Source of the DNA: Heptranchias perlo
Taxonomy: Eukaryota
Assembly: GCF_035084215.1 (NCBI RefSeq)
Contig: NW_027139217.1
Location: 186,001-250,000, forward strand
Reading direction: 5' to 3'
DNA length: 64,000 nucleotides
Shown: one piece after another, positions 1 to 12,000 of the stretch
How the letters are laid out: every line of letters starts with the position of its first letter
Numbering within the stretch: position 1 is the stretch's first letter
Position numbers and translations under genes: made by a program
Notes under the pieces: generated by a model
The model's input: only the letters and a program-made list of their open reading frames with translations
Database searches by the model: none
What the model was told of the DNA's origin: nothing

Positions 1-3000
1 TCTCTGTGTGCGCCTCTCTCTCTCTCTGTGTGCGCCTCTCTTTCTCTCTGTGTGCGCCTCTCTCTCTCTCTGTGTGCGCCTCTCTTTCTCTCTGTGTGCG
101 CCTCTCTCTCTCTCTGTGTGCGCCTCTCTTTCTCTCTGTGTGCGCCTCTCTCTCTCTCTGTGTGCGCCTCTCTTTCTCTCTGTGTGCGCCTCTCTTTCTC
201 TCTGTGTGCGCCTCTCTCTCTCTCTGTGTGCGCCTCTCTCTCTCTCTCTGTGTGCGCCTCTCTCTCTCTCTGTGTGCGCCTCTCTCTCTCTCTGTGTGCG
301 CCTCTCTTTCTCTCTGTGTGCGCCTCTCTCTCTCTCTGTGTGCGCCTCTCTCTCTCTCTGCGTGCGCCTCTCTCTCTCTCTGTGCGCCTCTCTCTCTCTC
401 TGTGTGCGCCTCTCTCTCTCTCTCTGCGTGCGCCTCTCTCTCTCTCTCTGCGTGCGCCTCTCTCTCTCTCTCTGCGTGCGCCTCTCTCTCTCTCTGTGTG
501 CGCCTCTCTCTTTCTCTCTGTGTGCGCCTCTCTCTCTCTCTGTGTGCGCCTCTCTCTCTCTCTGTGTGCGCCTCTCTCTCTCTCTGTGTGCGCCTCTCTC
601 TCTCTCTGTGTGCGCCTCTCTTTCTCTGCGTGCGCCTCTCTCTCTCTCTCTGTGTGCGCCTCTCTCTCTCTCTCTGTGTGCGCCTCTCTCTCTCTCTGCG
701 TGCGCCTCTCTTTCTCTCTGTGTGCGCCTCTCTCTCTCTGTGTGCGCCTCTCTTTCTCTCTGTGTGCGCCTCTCTCTCTCTGCGTGCGCCTCTCTTTCTC
801 TCTGCGTGCGCCTCTCTCTCTCTCTGCGTGCGCCTCTCTCTCTGTGTGCGCCTCTCTCTCTCTGCGTGCGCCTCTCTCTCTCTCTGTGTGCGCCTCTCTC
901 TCTCTCTCTGTGTGCGCCTCTCTTTCTCTCTGTGTGCGCCTCTCTTTCTCTGCGTGCGCCTCTCTCTCTCTGTGTGCGCCTCTCTCTCTCTCTCTGCGTG
1001 CGCCTGTCTCTCTCTCTGTGTGCGCCTCTCTTTCTCTCTGTGTGCGCCTCTCTCTCTCTCTGTGTGCGCCTCTCTCTCTCTCTCTGTGTGCGCCTCTCTC
1101 TCTCTCTGTGTGCGCCTCTCTTTCTCTCTGTGTGCGCCTCTCTCTCTCTCTGTGTGCGCCTCTCTCTCTCTCTGTGTGCGCCTCTCTCTCTCTCTGTGTG
1201 CGCCTCTCTCTCTCTCTGTGTGCGCCTCTCTTTCTCTCTGTGTGCGCCTCTCTTTCTCTCTGCGTGCGCCTCTCTCTCTCTCTGCGCGCGCCTCTCTCTC
1301 TCTCTGCGCGCGCCTCTCTCTCTCTCTGCGTGCGCCTCTCTCTCTCTCTGTGTGCGCCTCTCTCTCTCTCTGTGTGCGCCTCTCTCTCTCTCTGCGCGCG
1401 CCTCTCTCTCTCTCTGCGTGCGCCTCTCTCTCTCTCTGTGTGCGCCTCTCTTTCTCTCTGTGTGCGCCTCTCTCTCTCTGTGTGCGCCTCTCTTTCCCTC
1501 TGTGTGCGCCTCTCTCTTTCTCTCTGCGTGCGCCTCTCTCTCTCTCTGCGTGCGCCTCTCTCTCTGTGTGCGCCTCTCTTTCTCTCTGCGTGCGCCTCTC
1601 TCTCTCTCTGTGTGCGCCTCTCTCTCTGTGTGCGCCTCTCTTTCTCTCTGCGTGCGCCTCTCTCTCTCTCTGTGTGCGCCCCTCTCTCTCTCTGCGCGCG
1701 CCTCTCTCTCTCTCTGTGTGCGCCTCTCTTTCTCTCTGTGTGCGCCTCTCTCTCTCTCTCTGTGCGCCTCTCTCTCTCTGTGTGCGCCTCTCTCTCTCTC
1801 TGTGTGCGCCTCTCTCTCTCTCTGTGTGCGCCTCTCTTTCTCTCTGTGTGCGCCTCTCTCTCTCTCTGTGTGCGCCTCTCTCTCTCTGTGTGCGCCTCTC
1901 TTTCTCTCTGTGTGCGCCTCTCTCTCTCTCTGTGTGTGCCTCTCTCTCTCTCTGCGCGCGCCTCTCTCTCTCTCTGTGTGCGCCTCTCTCTCTCTCTGCG
2001 CGCGCCTCTCTCTCTCTCTGTGTGCGCCTCTCTCTCTCTCTGCGCGCGCCTCTCTCTCTCTCTGCGCGCGCCTCTCTCTCTCTCTGTGTGCGCCCTCTCT
2101 CTCTCTGTGTGCGCCTCTCTTTCTCTCTGTGTGCGCCTCTCTCTCTCTCTGTGTGCGCCTCTCTCTCTCTGTGTGCGCCTCTCTTTCTCTCTGTGTGCGC
2201 CTCTCTCTCTCTCTGTGTGCGCCTCTCTCTCTCTGTGTGCGCCTCTCTCTCTCTGTGTGCGCCTCTCTCTCTCTCTGTGTGCGCCTCTCTTTCTCTCTGC
2301 GTGCGCCTCTCTCTCTCTCTGTGTGCGCCTCTCTCTCTCTGTGTGCGCCTCTCTCTCTCTCTGTGTGCGCCTCTCTCTCTCTCTCTCTCTGTGTGCGCCT
2401 CTCTCTCTCTCTGTGTGCGCCTCTCTCTCTCTCTGCGTGCGCCTCTCTCTCTCTCTGCGTGCGCCTCTCTTTCTCTCTGCGCGCCTCTCTCTCTCTCTGT
2501 GTGCGCCTCTCTCTCTCTCTGTGTGCGCCTCTCTCTCTCTCTGCGTGCGCCTCTCTCTCTCTCTGCGTGCGCCTCTCTGTCTCTCTGTGCGCCTCTCTCT
2601 CTCTCTGCGTGCGCCTCTCTCTCTCTCTGCGTGCGCCTCTCTCTCTCTCTGTGCGCCTCTCTCTCTCTCTCTGCGTGCGCCTCTCTCTCTCTCTGCGTGC
2701 GCCTCTCTGTCTCTCTGTGCGCCTCTCTCTCTCTCTGCGTGCGCCTCTCTCTCTCTCTGTGTGCGCCTCTCTTTCTCTGCGTGCGCCTCTCTCTCTCTGT
2801 GTGCGCCTCTCTCTCTCTCTCTGTGTGCGCCTCTCTCTCTCTCTGTGTGCGCCTCTCTCTCTCTCTGTGTGCGCCTCTCTCTCTCTCTGTGTGCGCCTCT
2901 CTTTCTCTCTGTGTGCGCCTCTCTCTCTCTCTGCGCGCGCCTCTCTCTCTCTCTGCGTGCGCCTCTCTCTCTCTCTGCGTGCGCCTCTCTTTCTCTCTGC

Positions 3001-6000
3001 GTGCGCCTCTCTTTCTCTCTGCGTGCGCCTCTCTGTCTCTCTGCGTGCGCCTCTCTTTCTCTCTGCGTGCGCCTCTCTCTCTCTCTGTGTGCCCCTCTCT
3101 CTCTCTCTGCGTGCGCCTCTCTCTCTCTCTGCGTGCGCCTCTCTCTCTCTCTGTGTGCGCCTCTCTCTCTCTCTGTGTCCGCCTCTCTCTCTCTCTGTGT
3201 GCGCCTCTCTCTTTCTCTCTGCGTGCGCCTCTCTCTCTGCGTGCGCCTCTCTCTCTCTCTGCGTGCGCCTCTCTCTCTCTCTGCGTGCGCCTCTCTTTCT
3301 CTCTGCGTGCGCCTCTTTCTCTCTGCGTGCGCCTCTCTCTCTCTCTGTGTGCGCCTCTCTCTCTCTCTGTGTGCGCCTCTCTCTCTCTCTGTGTGCGCCT
3401 CTCTCTCTCTCTGTGTGCGCCTCTCTCTCTCTCTGTGTGCGCCTCTCTCTGCGTGCGCCTCTCTCTCTCTCTGCGTGCGCCTCTCTCTCTCTCTGCGTGC
3501 GCCTCTCTTTCTCTCTGTGTGCGCCTCTCTCTCTCTGCGTGCGCCTCTCTCTTTCTCTCTGCGTGCGCCTCTCTCTCTCTCTGTGTGCGCCTCTCTCTCT
3601 CTCTGCGTGCGCCTCTCTTTCTCTCTGTGTGCGCCTCTCTCTCTCTGCGTGCGCCTCTCTTTCTCTCTGTGTGCGCCTCTCTTTCTCTCTGTGTGCGCCT
3701 CTCTCTCTCTCTGCGTGCGCCTCTCTTTCTCTCTGTGTGCGCCTCTCTCTCTCTGCGTGCGCCTCTCTTTCTCTCTGTGTGCGCCTCTCTTTCTCTCTGT
3801 GTGCGCCTCTCTCTCTCTCTGCGTGCGCCTCTCTTTCTCTCTGTGTGCGCCTCTCTCTCTCTGTGTGCGCCTCTCTTTCTCTCTGCGTGCGCCTCTCTCT
3901 CTCTCTGCGTGCGCCTCTCTCTCTCTCTGCGTGCGCCTCTCTTTCTCTCTGCGTGCGCCTCTCTCTCTCTCTGTGTGCGCCTCTCTCTCTCTCTGTGTGC
4001 GCCTCTCTCTCTCTCTGCGTGCGCCTCTCTCTCTCTCTGCGTGCGCCTCTCTTTCTCTCTGCGTGCGCCTCTCTCTCTCTGTGTGCGCCTCTCTCTCTCT
4101 CTGTGTGCGCCTCTCTTTCTCTCTGCGTGCGCCTCTCTCTCTCTCTGCGTGCGCCTCTCTTTCTCTCTGCGTGCGCCTCTCTCTCTCTGTGTGCGCCTCT
4201 CTCTCTCTCTGTGTGCGCCTCTCTTTCTCTCTGTGTGCGCCTCTCTCTCTCTCTGCGTGCGCCTCTCTCTCTCTCTGCGTGCGCCTCTCTCTCTCTGTGT
4301 GCGCCTCTCTTTCTCTCTGTGTGCGCCTCTCTCTCTCTGTGTGCGCCTCTCTTTCTCTCTGTGTGCGCCTCTCTCTCTCTGTGTGCGCCTCTCTCTCTCT
4401 CTGCGTGCGCCTCTCTTTCTCTCTGTGTGCGCCTCTCTCTCTCTGTGTGCGCCTCTCTCTCTCTCTGCGTGCGCCTCTCTCTCTCTCTGTGTGCGCCTCT
4501 CTTTCTCTCTGTGTGCGCCTCTCTTTCTCTCTGTGTGCGCCTCTCTCTCTCTCTGCGTGCGCCTCTCTCTCTCTCTGCGTGCGCCTCTCTCTCTCTGTGT
4601 GCGCCTCTCTTTCTCTCTGCGTGCGCCTCTCTTTCTCTCTGTGTGCGCCTCTCTCTCTCTGTGTGCGCCTCTCTCTCTCTCTCTCTGTGTGCGCCTCTCT
4701 CTCTCTGTGTGCGCCTCTCTTTCTCTCTGTGTGCGCCTCTCTTTCTCTCTGCGTGCGCCTCTCTCTCTCTCTGCGTGCGCCTCTCTCTCTCTCTGCGTGC
4801 GCCTCTCTCTCTCTCTGTGTGCGCCTCTCTCTCTCTCTGTGTGCGCCTCTCTCTCTCTCTGCGTGCGCCTCTCTTTCTCTCTGCGTGCGCCTCTCTTTCC
4901 CTCTGCGTGCGCCTCTCTTTCTCTCTGTGTGCGCCTCTCTCTCTCTCTGTGTGCGCCTCTCTTTCTCTCTGTGTGTGCGCCTCTCTCTCTCTGTGTGCCC
5001 TCTCTCTCTCTCTGTGTGCGCCTCTCTCTCTCTCTGTGTGCGCCTCTCTCTCTCTCTGCGTGCGCCTCTCTATCTCTCTGCGTGCGCCTCTCTCTCTCTC
5101 TGTGTGCGCCTCTCTCTCTCTCTGCGTGCGCCTCTCTTTCTCTCTGCGTGCGCCTCTCTCTCTCTCTGTGTGCGCCTCTCTTTCTCTCTGCGTGCGCCTC
5201 TCTCTCTCTCTCTGTGCGCCTCTCTTTCTCTCTGCGTGCGCCTCTCTCTCTCTCTGTGTGCGCCTCTCTCTCTCTCTGTGTGCGCCTCTCTTTCTCTCTG
5301 CGTGCGCCTCTCTTTCTCTCTGCGTGCGCCTCTCTCTCTCTCTGCGTGCGCCTCTCTCTCTCTCTGCGTGCGCCTCTCTCTCTCTCTGTGTGCGCCTCTC
5401 TCTCTCTCTGTGTGCGCCTCTCTCTCTCTCTGCGTGCGCCTCTCTTTCTCTCTGCGTGCGCCTCTCTCTCTCTCTGTGTGCGCCTCTCTCTCTCTCTGTG
5501 TGCGCCTCTCTCTCTCTCTGTGTGCGCCTCTCTCTCTCTCTGCGTGCGCCTCTCTTTCTCTCTGTGTGCGCCTCTCTCTCTCTGTGTGCGCCTCTCTCTC
5601 TCTGTGTGCGCCTCTCTTTCTCTCTGCGTGCGCCTCTCTTTCTCTCTGCGTGCGCCTCTCTCTCTCTGTGTGCGCCTCTCTCTCTCTCTGTGTGCGCCTC
5701 TCTTTCTCTCTGCGTGCGCCTCTCTTTCTCTCTGTGTGCGCCTCTCTTTCTCTCTGCGTGCGCCTCTCTCTCTCTCTGCGTGCGCCTCTCTTTCCCTCTG
5801 TGTGCGCCTCTCTCTCTCTCTGTGTGCCCCTCTCTTTCTCTCTGCGTGCGCCTCTCTCTCTCTCTGCGTGCGCCTCTCTTTCTCTCTGCGTGCGCCTCTC
5901 TTTCTCTCTGCGTGCGCCTCTCTTTCTCTCTGTGCGCCTCTCTTTCTCTCTGCGTGCGCCTCTCTCTCTCTCTGTGTGTGCCTCTCTCTCTCTCTGTGTG

Positions 6001-9000
6001 CGCCTCTCTCTCTCTCTGTGTGCGCCTCTCTCTCTCTCTGTGTGCGCCTCTCTCTCTCTCTGCGTGCGCCTCTCTCTCTCTCTGTGTGTGCCTCTCTCTC
6101 TCTCTGTGTGCGCCTCTCTCTCTCTCTGCGTGCGCCTCTCTCTCTCTCTGCGTGCGCCTCTCTCTCTCTCTGCGTGCGCCTCTCTCTCTCTCTGTGTGCG
6201 CCTCTCTCTCTCTCTGTGTGCGCCTCTCTCTCTCTCTGCGTGCGCCTCTCTTTCTCTGCGTGCGCCTCTCTCTCTCTCTGTGTGCGCCTCTCTCTCTCTC
6301 TGTGTGTGCCTCTCTCTCTCTCTGTGTGCGCCTCTCTCTCTCTCTGTGTGCGCCTCTCTCTCTCTCTGCGTGCGCCTCTCTCTCTCTCTGAGTGCGCCTC
6401 TCTCTCTCTCTGCGTGCGCCTCTCTCTCTCTCTCTGTGTGCGCCTCTCTCTCTCTCTCTGTGTGCGCCTCTCTCTCTCTCTGCGTGCGCCTCTCTCTCTC
6501 TCTCTGTGTGCGCCTCTCTCTCTCTCTGCGTGCGCCTCTCTCTCTCTCTGCGTGCGCCTCTCTCTCTCTCTCTCTGCGTGCGCCTCTCTCTCTCTCTGTG
6601 TGCGCCTCTCTTTCTCTCTGTGTGCGCCTCTCTCTCTCTCTGCGTGCGCCTCTCTTTCTCTCTGCGTGCGCCTCTCTCTTTCTCTCTGTGTGCGCCTCTC
6701 TCTCTCTCTGTGTGCGCCTCTCTCTCTCTCTGCGTGCGCCTCTCTCTCTCTCTGTGTGCGCCTCTCTGTCTCTCTGTGTGCGCCTCTCTGTCTCTCTGTG
6801 TGCGCCTCTCTTTCTCTCTGCGTGCGCCTCTCTTTCTCTCTGCGTGCGCCTCTCTCTCTCTCTGTGTGCGCCTCTCTCTCTCTCTGTGTGCGCCTCTCTC
6901 TTTCTCTCTGTGTGCGCCTCTCTTTCTCTCTGCGTGCGCCTCTCTCTCTCTCTGCGTGCGCCTCTCTCTCTCTCTGCGTGCGCCTCTCTGTCTCTCTGTG
7001 TGCGCCTCTCTGTCTCTCTGTGTGCGCCTCTCTCTCTGTGTGCGCCTCTCTCTCTCTCTGTGTGCGCCTCTCTCTTTCTCTCTGTGTGCGCCTCTCTTTC
7101 TCTCTGCGTGCGCCTCTCTCTCTCTCTGCGTGCGCCTCTCTGTCTCTCTGTGTGCGCCTCTCTTTCTCTCTGCGTGCGCCTCTCTTTCTCTCTGCGTGCG
7201 CCTCTCTCTCTCTGTGTGCGCCTCTCTTTCTCTCTGTGTGCGCCTCTCTTTCTCTCTGTGTCCGCCTCTCTTTCTCTCTGCGTGCGCCTCTCTCTTTCTC
7301 TCTGTGTGCGCCTCTCTTTCTCTCTGCGTGCGCCTCTCTCTCTCTCTGCGTGCGCCTCTCTGTCTCTCTGCGTGCGCCTCTCTTTCTCTCTGCGTGCGCC
7401 TCTCTTTCTCTCTGTGTCCGCCTCTCTTTCTCTCTGCGTGCGCCTCTCTCTTTCTCTCTGTGTGCGCCTCTCTTTCTCTCTGCGTGCGCCTCTCTCTCTC
7501 TCTGCGTGCGCCTCTCTGTCTCTCTGTGTGCGCCTCTCTTTCTCTCTGTGTGCGCCTCTCTCTTTCTCTCTGTGTGCGCCTCTCTTTGTCTCTGTGTGCG
7601 CCTCTCTTTCTCTCTGTGTGCGCCTCTCTCTCTCTCTGCGTGCGCCTCTCTTTCCCTCTGTGTGCGCCTCTCTCTCTCTGTGCGCCTCTCTTTCTCTCTG
7701 TGTGCCCCTCTCTCTCTGCGTGCGCCTCTCTCTCTCTCTGCGTGCGCCTCTCTCTCTCTCTGCGTGCGCCTCTCTCTCTCTCTGCGTGCGCCTCTCTCTC
7801 TCTCTGTGTGCGCCTCTCTCTCTCTCTGTGTGCCCCTCTCTCTCTGCGTGCGCCTCTCTCTCTCTCTGCGTGCGCCTCTCTCTCTCTCTGTGTGCGCCTC
7901 TCTCTCTCTCTGCGTGCGCCTCTCTCTCTCTCTGCGTGCGCCTCTCTTTCTCTCTGCGTGCGCCTCTCTCTCTCTCTGCGTGCGCCTCTCTCTCTCTCTG
8001 CGTGCGCCTCTCTCTCTCTCTCTCCGTGCGCCTCTCTGTCTCTCTCTCCGTGCGCCTCTCTCTCTCTGCGTGCGCCTCTCTTTCTCTCTGCGTGCGCCTC
8101 TCTCTCTCTCTGCGTGCGCCTCTCTTTCTCTCTGCGTGCGCCTCTCTCTCTCTCTCTCCGTGCGCCTCTCTCTCTCTCTCCGTGCGCCTCTCTGTCTCTC
8201 TCTCCGTGCGCCTCTCTCTCTCTGCGTGCGCCTCTCTTTCTCTCTGCGTGCGCCTCTCTTTCTTTCTGCGTGCGCCTCTCTTCTCTCTGTGTGCGCCTCT
8301 CTTTCTCTCTGGTGCGCCTCTCTTTCTCTCTCCGTGCGCCTCTCTCTCTCTCTGTGCGCCTCTCTTTCTCTCTCCGTGCGCCTCTCTCTCTCTCTGCGTG
8401 CGCCTCTCTTTCTCTCTGCGTGCGCCTCTCTTTCTCTCTGCGTGCGCCTCTCTCTCTCTCTGCGTGCGCCTCTCTGTCTCTCTGCGTGCGCCTCTCTCTC
8501 TCTCTGCGTGCGCCTCTCTCTCTCTCTCTGTGCGCCTCTCTTTCTCTCTGCGTGCGCCTCTCTTTCTCTCTCCGTGCGCCTCTCTTTCTCTCTCCGTGCG
8601 CCTCTCTTTCTCTCTGCGTGCGCCTCTCTTTCTCTCTGCGTGCGCCTCTCTGTCTCTCTGCGTGCGCCTCTCTTTCTCTCTCCGTGCGCCTCTCTCTCTC
8701 TCTCTGTGTGCGCCTCTCTCTCTCTGTGTGCGCCTCTCTTTCTCTCTGCGTGCGCCTCTCTCTCTCTCTCTGTGTGCGCCTCTCTCTCTCTGTGTGCGCC
8801 TCTCTTTCTCTCTGCGTGCGCCTCTCTTTCTCTCTGCGTGCGCCTCTCTTTCTCTCTGCGTGCGCCTCTCTTTCTCTCTGCGTGCGCCTCTCTCTCTCTC
8901 TGCGTGCGCCTCTCTTTCTCTCTGCGTGCGCCTCTCTCTCTCTCTGCGTGCGCCTCTCTTTCTCTCTGCGTGCGCCTCTCTCTCTCTCTGCGTGCGCCTC

Positions 9001-12000
9001 TCTCTCTCTCTGCGTGCGCCTCTCTCTCTCTCTGCGTGCGCCTCTCTCTCTCTCTGTGTGCGCCTCTCTCTCTCTCTCTGCGTGCGCCTCTCTCTCTCTC
9101 TGCGTGCGCCTCTCTTTCTCTCTGCGTGCGCCTCTCTCTCTCTCTGCGTGCGCCTCTCTCTCTCTCTGCGTGCGCCTCTCTGTCTCTCTGTGTGCGCCTC
9201 TCTCTCTCTGCGTGCGCCTCTCTCTCTCTCTGTGTGCGCCTCTCTCTCTCTCTGCGTGCGCCTCTCTCTCTCTCTGTGTGCGCCTCTCTCTCTCTCTGCG
9301 TGCGCCTCTCTGTCTCTCTGCGTGCGCCTCTCTTTCTCTCTGCGTGCGCCTCTCTTTCTCTCTGCGTGCGCCTCTCTCTCTCTCTGCGTGCGCCTCTCTC
9401 TCTCTCTGTGTGCGCCTCTCTCTCTCTCTGCGTGCGCCTCTCTTTCTCTCTGCGTGCGCCTCTCTTTCTCTCTGCGTGCGCCTCTCTCTCTCTGCGTGCG
9501 CCTCTCTCTCTCTCTGTGTGCGCCTCTCTCTCTCTCTGCGTGCGCCTCTCTGTCTCTCTGCGTGCGCCTCTCTCTCTCTCTGTGTGCGCCTCTCTTTCTC
9601 TCTGCGTGCGCCTCTCTTTCTCTCTGTGTGCGCCTCTCTCTCTCTCTGTGTGCGCCTCTCTCTCTCTCTGCGTGCGCCTCTCTGTCTCTCTGCGTGCGCC
9701 TCTCTCTCTCTCTGTGTGCGCCTCTCTCTCTCTCTGTGTGCGCCTCTCTCTCTCTCTGTGTGCGCCTCTCTTTCTCTGCGTGCGCCTCTCTTTCTCTCTG
9801 CGTGCGCCTCTCTCTCTCTCTGTGTGCGCCTCTCTCTCTCTCTGCGTGCGCCTCTCTTTCTCTCTGTGTGCGCCTCTCTCTCTCTCTGCGTGCGCCTCTC
9901 TCTCTCTCTGCGTGCGCCTCTCTGTCTCTCTCCGTGCGCCTCTCTTTCTCTCTGCGTGCGCCTCTCTTTCTCTCTGCGTGCGCCTCTCTTTCTCTCTGCG
10001 TGCGCCTCTCTCTCTCTCTGTGTGCGCCTCTCTCTCTCTCTGCGTGCGCCTCTCTGTCTCTCTCCGTGCGCCTCTCTTTCTCTCTGCGTGCGCCTCTCTT
10101 TCTCTCTGCGTGCGCCTCTCTTCTCTCTGCGTGCGCCTCTCTTTCTCTCTGCGTGCGCCTCTCTCTCTCTCTGCGTGCGCCTCTCTCTCTCTCTGCGTGC
10201 GCCTCTCTGTCTCTCTGCGTGCGCCTCTCTCTCTCTCTGAGTGCGCCTCTCTCTCTCTCTGCGTGCGCCTCTCTCTCTCTCTGAGTGCGCCTCTCTCTCT
10301 CTCTGCGTGCGCCTCTCTTTCTCTCTGCGTGCGCCTCTCTCTCTCTCTGCGTGCGCCTCTCTGTCTCTCTGCGTGCGCCTCTCTGTCTCTCTGCGTGCGC
10401 CTCTCTCTCTCTCTGTGTGCGCCTCTCTGTCTCTCTGTGTGCGCCTCTCTTTCTCTCTGCGTGCGCCTCTCTCTCTCTCTGTGTGCGCCTCTCTCTCTCT
10501 CTGCGTGCGCCTCTCTGTCTCTCTGCGTGCGCCTCTCTCTCTCTCTGTGTGCGCCTCTCTCTCTCTCTCTGTGTGCGCCTCTCTCTCTCTCTGTGTGCGC
10601 CTCTCTCTCTCTCTGTGTGCGCCTCTCTCTCTCTCTCTGTGTGCGCCTCTCTCTCTCTCTGTGTGCGCCTCTCTCTCTCTCTGCGTGCGCCTCTCTCTCT
10701 CTGTGTGCGCCTCTCTTTCTCTCTGCGTGCGCCTCTCTCTTTCTCTCTGCGTGCGCCTCTCTCTTTCTCTCTGCGTGCGCCTCTCTTTCTCTCTGCGTGC
10801 GCCTCTCTTTCTCTCTGCGTGCGCCTCTCTTTCTCTCTGCGTGCGCCTCTCTCTTTCTCTCTGTGTGCGCCTCTCTCTTTCTCTCTGCGTGCGCCTCTCT
10901 TTCTCTCTGCGTGCGCCTCTCTCTCTCTCTCTGCGTGCGCCTCTCTTTCTCTCTGCGTGCGCCTCTCTCTTTCTCTCTGCGTGCGCTCTCTCTTTCTCTC
11001 TGCGTGCGCCTCTCTCTTTCTCTCTGCGTGCGCCTCTCTTTCTCTCTGCGTGCGCCTCTCTCTCTCTGCGTGCGCCTCTCTGTCTCTCTGCGTGCGCCTC
11101 TCTTTCTTTCTGCGTGCGCCTCTCTTTCTCTCTGCGTGCGCCTCTCTTCTCTCTGCGTGCGCCTCTCTTTCTCTCTGCGTGCGCCTCTCTTTCTCTCTGC
11201 GTGCGCCTCTCTCTCTCTCTGTGCGCCTCTCTTTCTCTCTGCGTGCGCCTCTCTCTCTGCGTGCGCCTCTCTCTCTCTCTGTGCGCCTCTCTTTCTCTCT
11301 GCGTGCGCCTCTCTCTCTCTCTGTGCGCCTCTCTTTCTCTCTGCGTGCGCCTCTCTCTCTCTGTGTGCGCCTCTCTCTCTCTCTGTGTGCGCCTCTCTCT
11401 CTCTCTGCGTGCGCCTCTCTCTCTCTGCGTGCGCCTCTCTCTCTCTCTGCGTGCGCCTCTCTTTCTCTCTGCGTGCGCCTCTCTCTCTCTGCGTGCGCCT
11501 CTCTCTCTCTGTGTGCGCCTCTCTCTCTGCGTGCGCCTCTCTCTCTGCGTGCGCCTCTCTCTCTGCGTGCGCCTCTCTCTCTGCGTGCGCCTCTCTCTCC
11601 TCTGCGTGCGCCTCTCTCTCTCTCTCTGTGCGCCTCTCTCTCTCTCTGTGTGCGCCTCTCTTTCTCTCTGTGTGCGCCTCTCTTTCTCTCTGTGTGCGCC
11701 TCTCTCTCTCTCTGTGTGCGCCTCTCTCTCTCTCTGTGTGCGCCTCTCTCTCTCTCTGTGTGCGCCTCTCTTTCTCTCTGTGTGCGCCTCTCTTTCTCTC
11801 TGTGTGTGCCTCTCTTTCTCTCTGTGTGCGCCTCTCTCTCTCTGCGTGCGCCTCTCTCTCTCTCTGTGTGCGCCTCTCTCTCTCTCTGCGTGCGCCTCTC
11901 TCTCTCTCTGCGTGCGCCTCTCTCTCTCTCTGTGTGCGCCTCTCTTTCTGCATGCGCCTCTCTTTCTCTCTGCGTGCGCCTCTCTTTCTCTCTGCGTGCG